DNA of 61,522 nt from Bacteroidia bacterium (lineage in GTDB: Bacteria > Bacteroidota > Bacteroidia > Bacteroidales > VadinHA17), in NCBI GenBank assembly GCA_026391215.1, contig JAPLDX010000081.1, positions 1-61,522 on the forward strand, written 5' to 3'. The position numbers were made by a program, and so were the translations under genes. Below the pieces are notes generated by a model. The model saw only the letters and a program-made list of their open reading frames with translations, was not told the origin of the DNA and made no database searches. Shown piece by piece: positions 10,308-19,226 of this stretch (position 1 is the first letter of the stretch; each line of letters opens with the position of its first letter).

Positions 10308-10590
10308 GGGCTTTAGTCCAATGGTAGGAATTGGACTAAAGTCCTTAAAAAGGGGATGGACTTCTTTATCGTCAGCTGAAGCTGACGGTAACTGAAAAAT
10401 TACTTTAATAGTTTGTGTGTTAAAAAATTATCCCTGGTTAAGAATATTTTGAAATCAATATCTTCCATTACCGTTAGCTTCAGCTGACAGCAACAAAAGT
10501 TACTTTTCTAGTTGTTTAATATTGGATGAATTGCCGTTGGCTTCAGCCAATGGTTAGCAGAAATCCCCGGAATAGGGGCTTTAGCCCAAT
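10308..10590. repeat. Family A structured REP/REPIN-like repeat, copy 1 (plus an orphan short palindrome at 10308-10321)
   Basis: GGACTAAAGTCC - linker - CGTCAGCTGAAGCTGACGG - spacer - middle hairpin - spacer - CCGTTGGCTTCAGCCAATGG - linker - GGGCTTTAGCCC. Confidence 0.9.
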
Positions 10591-10654
10591 TTGTTTTGCC
10601 AAATAAATCCAATTTTATTATCTTTATTCTGTTATTCGCTAGCATTTCTAAAGT

Positions 10655-11089
10655 ATGTCTTATTTAAGAATTCTGGTCCATTGCGTATGGACCACTAAAA
10701 ACAGGATTCCTTTTCTAAAAGATGAAATCAGGGATAAAGTGATATGTCATATCCGTGAGAATGCTCAGAAGAAAGGTATTTATATTGATCATATAAACGG
10801 ATATTATCAACATCTCCATGCATTGATATCACTTGGGGGTAAACAAAATATCTCAGATATTGTGCAATTAATAAAGGGAGAGAGTTCATTCTGGATTAAC
10901 AAAAACAAGTTAACCAGAATGAGGTTTGAATGGCAGGATGATTTTTATTCAGTTTCAATTGGAATGGCTCAGATTGAGACATTAAGACAATATATAAGGA
11001 ATCAACCAGGACATCATGCAACAGTCTCTTTTAAGGAAGAATTAGAAAAAATAATTCAGGAATACCAGCTACAGAAGAAATTGGACTAA
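10655..11089 (+). mobile_element. tnpA: IS200/IS605-family Y1 HUH transposase, REP-associated (RAYT-like); no tnpB
   Basis: HCVWTTKNR, HLH (HUH), KGESS, EWQDDF and catalytic-Tyr YIRNQ motifs; flanked by family A repeats. Confidence 0.9.
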
Positions 11090-11338
11090 AGTCCCATAAG
11101 ATAGAGAGCCTCATTACCGTCAGCTGAAGCTGACGGCAACTGAAAAATTACTTTAATAGTTTGTGTGTTAAAAAATTATCCCTGGTTAAGAATATTTAGA
11201 AATCAATATCTTCCATTGCCGTTAGCTCTAGCTGACAGCAACAAAAGTTACTTTTCTAGTTGTTTAATATTGGATGAATTGCCGTTGGCTTCAGCCAACG
11301 GTTGATAGGCCATCATCAAAATAGGGCTTTAGCACAAT
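11081..11338. repeat. Family A repeat, copy 2 (direct repeat of copy 1)
   Basis: 11118-11303 matches 10370-10555 with 6 mismatches in 186 nt (manual alignment); contains the tnpA stop codon. Confidence 0.9.
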
Positions 11339-11419
11339 TGATTTATTTGACTAGTATCTCAAACTTTCTTAGCTTTATCACAAAGAACGATTAATCAAAT
11401 CAGTATAAGCCATAAACTT

Positions 11420-12385
11420 TTGGGAGAGACTAAACATAAAAAAATAAGCAAAAGCGAAACCGGTATCATACTGATCCCTTCATATATTTTATTAATTTAT
11501 TTCCTGGGTATAATAAGCTGTAGTAATTCTTCTGATAACAGAAATCAAACAATCGATACCATAGGTGTCAATATCATTGGTTATGATCTGACCTGCCCGG
11601 ATGAAACAATTATCCTGCCGCCTGTTCTTCATGAAATATCGGGCATAACTGTAATTGATTCATCATCAGTTGCATGCGTACAGGATGAGAACGGTATTGT
11701 CTTTATATATGATATACAACGGAAAGAAATCAAAAAACAACTTACGTTTCATGGCAATGGCGATTACGAAGGGATAACACTGGCAAATGATACAATTTAT
11801 GTATTGCGAAGCGATGGAGTGTTATTTGAAATTACTGATCTTAAATCTTCAGTCATAGCGGAAAAGATTCTTTTATCAAAGCTTTCAGATATTGAGAATG
11901 AAGGTTTGTGTTATTACCGGAAAAGCAACATGCTTTTAATTGCACCCAAAGATAAGCCCAAAAAGGAGTCTGAAGATAAGGATAGACGAGGAATCTACGG
12001 ATTTGACCTTAATACACGGGAACTCATTAAAAAACCCGGAATAATCATTGATTTATCTGCAATAAATGAATTTGCTGCAGACAATAAGATTATAGTTCAG
12101 GCAAAAAGCGGGAATAAGGATAAAGAAGGCAATCCAGACATTAAATTCAGACCTTCTGCTATAGGTATTCATCCTGTTACTGATAAGTTCTTCGTTTTAT
12201 CTGCAACTGATCAAATGTTATTTTTTTTTGATTTAGACGGGACTATAGAATATATGGTTTACCTGAATCCTGAAATATTCAACATGCCTGAAGGGATTGC
12301 CTTTTTTGAGAACGGAGATATGCTGATATCAAATGAAGGGCAGAATATGAATGCTACATTGTTAAGATTCAATTATATAAAGTAA
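11420..12385 (+). CDS. SdiA-regulated/YjiK-like beta-propeller, probable lipoprotein (start uncertain)
   Basis: LHEISGIT, VQDENG, GDYEGIT, ENEGLC, PEGIAF and ISNEG blade motifs; IISC lipobox-like. Confidence 0.7.
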   Translation: MGETKHKKISKSETGIILIPSYILLIYFLGIISCSNSSDNRNQTIDTIGVNIIGYDLTCPDETIILPPVLHEISGITVIDSSSVACVQDENGIVFIYDIQRKEIKKQLTFHGNGDYEGITLANDTIYVLRSDGVLFEITDLKSSVIAEKILLSKLSDIENEGLCYYRKSNMLLIAPKDKPKKESEDKDRRGIYGFDLNTRELIKKPGIIIDLSAINEFAADNKIIVQAKSGNKDKEGNPDIKFRPSAIGIHPVTDKFFVLSATDQMLFFFDLDGTIEYMVYLNPEIFNMPEGIAFFENGDMLISNEGQNMNATLLRFNYIK

Positions 12386-12396
12386 CCTGGGGAATC

Positions 12397-12996
12397 TTAA
12401 TAATTCTTATAATATATATCCAGCCGTGCGACTTTATCTTTATAGTTTATTCTTCGTATTTTGACCCTTGTGACATCTTTACCGGTCAGTTCGGAAATAT
12501 CCTTTATCAATTTTTGGTTTTTGGCTGATCTGAGCAATTCCAGGTTTTCATAGATAATTGTATGTTTCACTATGCTATGTCTGGCTGTGAACCGCTCAAG
12601 CAGAATTGCAGAAACGCAGATAATAATGTTGAATATGATTACTCCAAGCACAGGAAATCCAATCAGCTTCAGGGAATTGATCACCGAAATCCCTATTACT
12701 GTGAAAATATACGACATATCCTTCAGGCTGAAATTTATTGTCCTGAACCTTAGGATGGCAAATATGGCAAACAAGCCAAAGGCCATGCCAATTTCAATCC
12801 AGACGGATTTCAGCATAGCGGTAATAAAAAAGACAGTTATACCCATCAGGAAAAAGGTAAACAGGAACTTCTCCTTCTTTGAGTATCTGAAATATATACC
12901 CCATATCAGGATGATGAGAAATAAAAGGTGAATAATAAAACGTATCAAAATCCCGAAGAAATCCGGATTATTCAAATTGAAAAAGTTGTCAGACAT
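12397..12996 (-). CDS. DUF4956 family membrane protein
   Basis: GMAFGLFAIFAILRFRT and KDMSYIF signature; several TM segments. Confidence 0.8.
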   Translation of the reverse strand: MSDNFFNLNNPDFFGILIRFIIHLLFLIILIWGIYFRYSKKEKFLFTFFLMGITVFFITAMLKSVWIEIGMAFGLFAIFAILRFRTINFSLKDMSYIFTVIGISVINSLKLIGFPVLGVIIFNIIICVSAILLERFTARHSIVKHTIIYENLELLRSAKNQKLIKDISELTGKDVTRVKIRRINYKDKVARLDIYYKNY

Positions 12997-13013
12997 ATAT
13001 CTTAATAATTAGT

Positions 13014-14084
13014 TTAGAAATTCTTACAGCTATTCATTAAATCTTCAATAACAATATTTCTTGCAGCCAGCTGGTCAAAAAAACCATCCAGGTATGTCAT
13101 AGTTTCCTTTTTTAAACTCTTATTCAAATAGGGGAATTCATTTATTACTCTGTAAAATTCTTCCTTCTTCAGCGAAAATGTCTCCAGGTCCTTCAGGAAC
13201 ACTTCCCTTCTCCTGCAAATGCCTGTAAAAAGCCTTTCCCGGACAGACTCCAGTCCTGTTTCTTCAACAGGAATGGCATAGGAAGGATCCACAAGCCCTG
13301 TCCAGTCAAAATCATAGGGAACAGCTATTGCCAGCCCTGTCGGATCAAAAATACTGGGCTTTAATACTTTAACATTATGTTGTCCGGGTATTGACCAATC
13401 ATAGTTTCCTATCATATAATTGAATATAGCCATCCTGTCCATTATCCGGGGAATAATGTTTTTCTGCGTCAGGTTTGGCGTTTTGACCTGAAAAGTATTT
13501 GTCCTGTCAGCCAGCATTTCCACAGGCTCTATGAAGATCCCATAATGGCGGATTGGTTTCCTTTTCTTTTCGGTATCGATGAAGTTTATGGCAAGGAGCC
13601 TCACCCTGAAGCTTGTATCAGTCAGAACACTATATAGCTTGTATGCCAGATATTCTCTTAATATGTATTCTTCATATATTTTTCCTGACCTGCATTCGGT
13701 AACCAGCTTTATTTTATCTATGCTGTCCAGATCAGTATATCCGAAATCCGTTTTTTTAAGGTTCAATTCAATAGGCGGGAAAAAACAGAATGAATTGCGG
13801 AATACCCCGCGGGTTCTCAATTTAATATCCCTGCTGATGGAATCTGTTTCACCTGTATGAAAAGTGATATTGGCTGGTAAATATTCTTTCTTCGGTCTGG
13901 TCCTGAAATAAGTCGAGAGATCAAACCGCAGAGTAATTTCAAGAAGATCGTCATCCTCAAAGAGTCTGAAACTCTTATATATTGTATCAGTATTTCCGGA
14001 CAGGATCCAAGTATCATCATTTTGCCCATAACCCGGTGAGGCAAGAAAAATCGCCAGGAATAGCGGTAAAAATCTCTTTATCAT
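13014..14084 (-). CDS. Secreted protein with CotH-like atypical kinase motifs
   Basis: KLRTRG, KLVTEC, REYLAYKLY, GNYDW..HN and PYDFD; signal peptide. Confidence 0.55.
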   Translation of the reverse strand: MIKRFLPLFLAIFLASPGYGQNDDTWILSGNTDTIYKSFRLFEDDDLLEITLRFDLSTYFRTRPKKEYLPANITFHTGETDSISRDIKLRTRGVFRNSFCFFPPIELNLKKTDFGYTDLDSIDKIKLVTECRSGKIYEEYILREYLAYKLYSVLTDTSFRVRLLAINFIDTEKKRKPIRHYGIFIEPVEMLADRTNTFQVKTPNLTQKNIIPRIMDRMAIFNYMIGNYDWSIPGQHNVKVLKPSIFDPTGLAIAVPYDFDWTGLVDPSYAIPVEETGLESVRERLFTGICRRREVFLKDLETFSLKKEEFYRVINEFPYLNKSLKKETMTYLDGFFDQLAARNIVIEDLMNSCKNF

Positions 14085-14140
14085 ATTATATCAAATTTAT
14101 TAAAATAATATGACTCAGGATAATAATAGCAATAAAAATA

Positions 14141-14608
14141 TTACCGGATTTTCTTTAATGCTTCCAGGGTTGATGCTTTGAAAATATTATATGACCATGT
14201 TGCACCGGACATAGCATCTATTTTATTGATATCCTGAGTTTTAATCAGCTTATTTGGATATGTCTTAACGCCCTTCCAGTCGTTTTTGACCTGCTTTATA
14301 TACTCCGGGTTTCCTTTGTAATGCTTTTTGTATTTACCGGTGAATGTTTCATGAAGGCTTGAATCCCTGATCATGAAATTTACTCCGGCAAGCAATCCGC
14401 CTTCAACTGTTATCCTGACTTTTCCCCAGTAGGGTTCTTCAGTATAGGTGTGCCTTGACTGTCCCTCATATATGCCATCCTGGTATTTAAGGAGAGTATC
14501 CTGGACCATGGACATACTTGAACTTTGTGCATTACCAGTATAACAAGTTGAAGTCAGAATCAGCATCGCAACAACAGCGGCAGCAAAAAAAGTCCCCGTT
14601 TTTTTCAT
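14141..14608 (-). CDS. FMN-binding (flavinylated) extracytoplasmic protein
   Basis: YQDGIYEG and the IDAMSGAT flavinylation motif; signal peptide. Confidence 0.8.
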   Translation of the reverse strand: MKKTGTFFAAAVVAMLILTSTCYTGNAQSSSMSMVQDTLLKYQDGIYEGQSRHTYTEEPYWGKVRITVEGGLLAGVNFMIRDSSLHETFTGKYKKHYKGNPEYIKQVKNDWKGVKTYPNKLIKTQDINKIDAMSGATWSYNIFKASTLEALKKIR

Positions 14609-14750
14609 CTTTATTTGGCTCAGTTAATAATTGTTTCTGAATCATAAAATTAAGTAAAAATTTCATCTATTAGACACAATGACAGGCCCCTATCATTTTT
14701 ATTTGATTTTTGTTTTCAATTATGTAACTTTATCACAATGAACCCATAAC

Positions 14751-16955
14751 ATGACCAGCCTCATCCCCGGATTTGAATATGACATCTTCATCAGCTACCG
14801 TCAGAAGGACAATAAAGGCGACAGGTGGGTAAGCGAGTTCGTAGAGGCGCTCAAAACCGAGCTCGAATCGACATTCAAAGAAGAGGTAAGCGTTTATTTT
14901 GACATTAATCCTCATGACGGCCTCCTCGAAACTCACGATGTCGATGCCTCACTCAAAGAGAAGCTGAAATGTGCTGTTTTCATCCCAATTATATCACGTA
15001 CTTATTGTGATCCCAAATCCTTTGCCTGGGTGAACGAGTTCAAGACATTTATTGAGCAGGCATCCAAAGATCAGTATGGTTTGAAGGTAAAGCTACAAGG
15101 CGGAAACGTTGCCAGCCGGGTGCTTCCTGTTCAGATCCATGATCTTGACGCTGATGACAAAAAGCTGGTTGAAAGCGAACTGGGAGGATTCCTTCGGGGG
15201 ATTGAATTTATTTACAAGGAACCTGGAGTAAACCGTCCGCTCAGGGCAAATGAGGATCATCAGGATAATAATCTTAATAAGACGTTTTACAGGAATCAGA
15301 TAAACAAGGTTGCAAACGCGATAAAAGAGATCATTACCGGATTAAAGAATCCAGTCCGCGAAGTGACAGAACCTTTAAAGAAAACTAAAGAACAAAAACC
15401 TTCAGCAAAGAAAAATCGCAAAAACAAAATCATTGCAGGTGCTTTAATATTTCTGGCATCGATTGTGGCAGGGTATTTCATCGTACATGGATTGATTAAA
15501 CCCGTAAAAATGACAGAGAAGAGTATTGCTGTCCTTCCCTTTGAGAATTACAGTGACGATCCTTCACAGGAAGCTGCCTGCCTGAGCCTGACTGATGAGA
15601 TTATCAGGCACCTTTATAAGATCAGATCAATTGACAGGATTGCAACCATGCAATCAGTAATTCAATATAAGGGTTCAAAAGAAAATCCCTCAAAGATTGC
15701 ATCTGACCTGAAAGTGAACTACCTGGTCCTGGGCAACTATAAAAAATATGGAGACAAAGTCAGAATGAATGTCTACCTGGTGGATCCAAATAATGACAAA
15801 TATATCTGGGAAGATCAATATGACAACATTTACTCAGCCGAAGAGGTAATTACGATTCAGTCAGATATAGCATTAAAGATAGCCGCAGGGCTTGATGCGA
15901 ATCTTACCGAGGAAGAGAACAAAAGCATATTTAGAATAGGAACGAAAAATGATGAGGCTTTTGAGGCGCTTCAGATAGCCAAATCCATAAGTTTTATGAC
16001 AACCGGTGCTAGTGTTAATCAACTGGCTGATTCAGGGATGAAATATGCACTGAAAGCAACGGAATTTGATCCATATTACGGTGAGGCATATGCATATGCC
16101 GGAATGTTTTGTATTACGAAGGCAGGTAATTTCGGCAGCGGAGGAATTGAATTTCAGAAGACGATACCTGAAGCGATGCGATATGAGAAGAGAGCATTAA
16201 GTCTTGATCATGAGTGTGCTATGGCTTACATGGTCCTTGGAATTTATGAAATGTATTATGAGTACAACTTTATTAAGGCAGATTCAGCTTTAAGAAAAGC
16301 AGCTGATCTGGAGCCAAATGGCAATTATCTATATTATGTATTGATAGATTTCTATGTAAAGATGGGAAATTATTTGGAAGCTGTTAATTTGATCAGTCTT
16401 TGCATGCAAAAAGGAATGGATATTGAGGAAAACACAGTATTCCTGGCTATGATGAAAGGCTCCGGATTCAGCGCTTCCCATGATGAGATTTACAATTTTC
16501 AGTACAAGGCAAACATTATTGATGCTTCTCTCGGGGAGAGATTCTTCTGGCTGCAGGAGTATGACTCTGCACTTTATTACCTGAACAGAAGCAAAACCAG
16601 TAAACCGGAACTGGGAACTGTTCCGAAGTATCAATCCTATATTGCAGTCGCATCTTTCAAAAAAGGCAGAAACCAGGAATGTGAGTCAATAATTGAAAAC
16701 CTGAAAGAAAAAAGTAAATATACACTGATCGGAAGCGCCGATTTCTATGTGGCAGGAGCCTATTGTATGATAAACCAGAAGGACTCAGCATTTGTCTGGC
16801 TTGAAAAGGCTTATCAGACCCGCAGCCCAGAGATCTCCTGGCTGAAAGCCGATCCGATGTTTGATAATCTTAAAGACGATCCGCGTTATTGGGATTTGTA
16901 TGAAAGAGTCGGGTTTAAAGTTTATGATGATTATATCGCAGGAAGGGGGAAATAG
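14751..16955 (+). CDS. TIR - TM - TolB-like - TPR protein (paralog 3)
   Basis: YDIFISYRQKDNK, SFAWVNE, TM after KKNRKNK, SIAVLPFEN, TPRs. Confidence 0.85.
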   Translation: MTSLIPGFEYDIFISYRQKDNKGDRWVSEFVEALKTELESTFKEEVSVYFDINPHDGLLETHDVDASLKEKLKCAVFIPIISRTYCDPKSFAWVNEFKTFIEQASKDQYGLKVKLQGGNVASRVLPVQIHDLDADDKKLVESELGGFLRGIEFIYKEPGVNRPLRANEDHQDNNLNKTFYRNQINKVANAIKEIITGLKNPVREVTEPLKKTKEQKPSAKKNRKNKIIAGALIFLASIVAGYFIVHGLIKPVKMTEKSIAVLPFENYSDDPSQEAACLSLTDEIIRHLYKIRSIDRIATMQSVIQYKGSKENPSKIASDLKVNYLVLGNYKKYGDKVRMNVYLVDPNNDKYIWEDQYDNIYSAEEVITIQSDIALKIAAGLDANLTEEENKSIFRIGTKNDEAFEALQIAKSISFMTTGASVNQLADSGMKYALKATEFDPYYGEAYAYAGMFCITKAGNFGSGGIEFQKTIPEAMRYEKRALSLDHECAMAYMVLGIYEMYYEYNFIKADSALRKAADLEPNGNYLYYVLIDFYVKMGNYLEAVNLISLCMQKGMDIEENTVFLAMMKGSGFSASHDEIYNFQYKANIIDASLGERFFWLQEYDSALYYLNRSKTSKPELGTVPKYQSYIAVASFKKGRNQECESIIENLKEKSKYTLIGSADFYVAGAYCMINQKDSAFVWLEKAYQTRSPEISWLKADPMFDNLKDDPRYWDLYERVGFKVYDDYIAGRGK

Positions 16956-16978
16956 AAAGTTATTTATCTCTAAGTGAG

Positions 16979-17175
16979 GGACTAAAGTCCTTGAAAAAGG
17001 AAAGAGGCCTTTTTACCGTCAGCTGAAGCTGACGGCAATTGAAAAATTCTTTTAATAGTTTGAATATTAATAAATTATACTTGACTGAGAACAGTTAGAA
17101 ATCAATAGCTTTCTTTTATCGTTGGCTTTAACCAACGGGTAAGAGTACCCCAAAAACAAGGGGCTTTAGCCCAAT
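16979..17175. repeat. Family A repeat, copy 3 (solo, non-autonomous, lacks the middle module)
   Basis: GGACTAAAGTCC 16979-16990, CCGTCAGCTGAAGCTGACGG 17016-17035, right hairpin 17119-17138, GGGCTTTAGCCC 17161-17172; lies between convergent genes. Confidence 0.9.
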
Positions 17176-17190
17176 TGATGAAGATTAAAA

Positions 17191-19182
17191 TTAGACCCTT
17201 ATCCCTATCACCAGTATATCATCCGTCTGATCCTCATTATTAGACTCCCGCCACTTTTCAATCTCTTCATATAACCTGTCACCCTGTTCGGGCATAGGAT
17301 TTTCCTGTATGCTTAATATGAAACTCTTTAACCTTGCGCTCTGATATTTCTTATGATCCCTGCCGCCGAACTGATCCGCATAACCATCTGAACATAAATA
17401 TATTGCATCTCCGTGTTGCAGATGGATCCTTTCGGAAACATACTTTTGTTCATCCCTTCCCTCATCCTTCTTCCTGAGATTTCCAGCCCTGTACTCATCA
17501 AGTTTGCCAGCGGTCACATGATATAATGGATTACCAATTCCGGAATAGATAAGGATATTATCTTGGGAATCAAGAGTACAAAGAGCGATATCCATATCAT
17601 CCGATATACTGGTTTCTTCAGTATCCATCTTCAGGAACTTATGCATCTTTGAATATAAATGCTTCAGGATCTCTGGCGGATCTTTCAGCTTCAGCTCGTT
17701 AACTGCCTCATCAAGAATACCGTAGCCGATTGTGCTCAACAGGGCACCGGGGATGCCATGTCCGGTACAGTCAGCAGCTGCAAATATCAGCCGATGATCC
17801 TGTTTGCTGAAGAAATAGAAATCGCCGCTGACGATATCTTTTGGCTTGAACAGAATGAAGCTTTCCGGGAAGCATTCCCTTACAAAAAGATTATCAGGCA
17901 GGAATGATTCCTGGATATGGAGAGCATAGTTATAGCTTGATTCAATCTCTTTAACGGCTTCTTCAATTTTTCTGTTCCTGACCTCCACCATATCTTCAAC
18001 ATCAGGAGAAAGTGAGACCAGCCTCCTTATGTGGGCATTCATCTTCCGGGTTTCATCCAGTATTCTGTGAATGCTGCTCTGCGGTTTTATTGCATAAGGA
18101 AGCTTGCTGATCCTTTCCGGATTGACATGAAATACATCATAATCAATATCCTGGAGAAGTGCCGGGATCAGCCTTACCAGCTCACGGTCTTTTTCCTTTT
18201 CGGATTCAGAAAGATCTTCATAGGGTATTATTGAAGGATGTGTTTTCTTACGGTCATCTTTAACTTTACCATATATCCATCCGTGCAATATCTTATCCCA
18301 GCACCAGCGGATATGCTCAACCCGTGCCATTGTTTCCACCTCATCTTCAGTGAGGTGGAGAGAAGCAGGCTTAAATCCTTTTCCTGTTTGACGAACCTTG
18401 TAACCTATAGACAGCAATTTAGCCGGGATATGATATGCATTATCAAGATTGGAATGTTTTATCTCTTCAGGCAGATCATCAAAATCTCCAAGATTCTTAT
18501 TTCTTGCATCTCCAGGACTATGGATCCATGACATATAAGAAATCTTCTTTGACCCGGGATCCCTTTTCCTTATTTCATGAAGGTATCTTGAATGAATTGC
18601 CCGTGCAAATCTCAGGACCATTTTTTCATTTATTTCAGTGATCTCTTCAATCCTGATTATCTCATATCCGATTTTTTTAAGTGCAACAGGAATTAAAAGA
18701 TTCAGTTCAATGTAAAAGCGTTTTCTCTCCTCAGGTAAATCCCCGAAAGCAATCTTAACCGGCTCATTTTTCCTTTTCAGATCGTCCGATGATATTTGTT
18801 TCTGGCAAAAACTATTATAATCTGTACGTGCCAGTATTTCAATTTCATTATAAGGTATCAGGCAGGTTATGCAAAAATCCTTGTACGGTCGGATATACAG
18901 ATTTAACGATCTGAGTTTTTTTGGTATATCGAATGCAAATTCATACCAGAATGTTTTTTCGTCTTCCCTGATCTTTATAAACTCTTTCCCGAAAGTATAT
19001 GGCGATGAAAACAGATGTTGAGTGCGCTGAATGTCTGTATACAGATTTTCAGCAACCTGGTCAATGAAGATTTTCTTGTACTCAGACCAGTTGGATGTAA
19101 TCTCCTGAATTACCTTATTGCCGGGTTTGTAAATTACCTCGATCCATTTAAGGATATCCCTTTTTGTAAAATCTTCGGACAT
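17191..19182 (-). CDS. RyR-repeat domain PP2C/SpoIIE protein phosphatase
   Basis: MARVEHIRW..GWIYG..DDRKKTHPSIIPYEDLSESEKEKDR RyR repeat; PKDIVSGDFY, DCTGHG, SDGYADQFGG, DDILVIG. Confidence 0.85.
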   Translation of the reverse strand: MSEDFTKRDILKWIEVIYKPGNKVIQEITSNWSEYKKIFIDQVAENLYTDIQRTQHLFSSPYTFGKEFIKIREDEKTFWYEFAFDIPKKLRSLNLYIRPYKDFCITCLIPYNEIEILARTDYNSFCQKQISSDDLKRKNEPVKIAFGDLPEERKRFYIELNLLIPVALKKIGYEIIRIEEITEINEKMVLRFARAIHSRYLHEIRKRDPGSKKISYMSWIHSPGDARNKNLGDFDDLPEEIKHSNLDNAYHIPAKLLSIGYKVRQTGKGFKPASLHLTEDEVETMARVEHIRWCWDKILHGWIYGKVKDDRKKTHPSIIPYEDLSESEKEKDRELVRLIPALLQDIDYDVFHVNPERISKLPYAIKPQSSIHRILDETRKMNAHIRRLVSLSPDVEDMVEVRNRKIEEAVKEIESSYNYALHIQESFLPDNLFVRECFPESFILFKPKDIVSGDFYFFSKQDHRLIFAAADCTGHGIPGALLSTIGYGILDEAVNELKLKDPPEILKHLYSKMHKFLKMDTEETSISDDMDIALCTLDSQDNILIYSGIGNPLYHVTAGKLDEYRAGNLRKKDEGRDEQKYVSERIHLQHGDAIYLCSDGYADQFGGRDHKKYQSARLKSFILSIQENPMPEQGDRLYEEIEKWRESNNEDQTDDILVIGIRV

Positions 19183-19226
19183 TAAATAAATAATTATTCC
19201 GACGTACTGATAATCCGGATAAAAGA

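Noticed and set aside
10655-11089. IS605/IS200 element with TnpB or omegaRNA
   Set aside because: No tnpB or iscB ORF is adjacent, and both flanks carry the same repeat
10308-11338. CRISPR array interpretation of the family A repeats
   Set aside because: Repeats are inverted pairs with conserved long spacers, there is no regular repeat-spacer period and no cas genes
8-16955. Thoeris, CBASS or DGR assignment for the TIR genes
   Set aside because: No ThsA, cyclase or reverse transcriptase, and no template/variable repeat pair was seen
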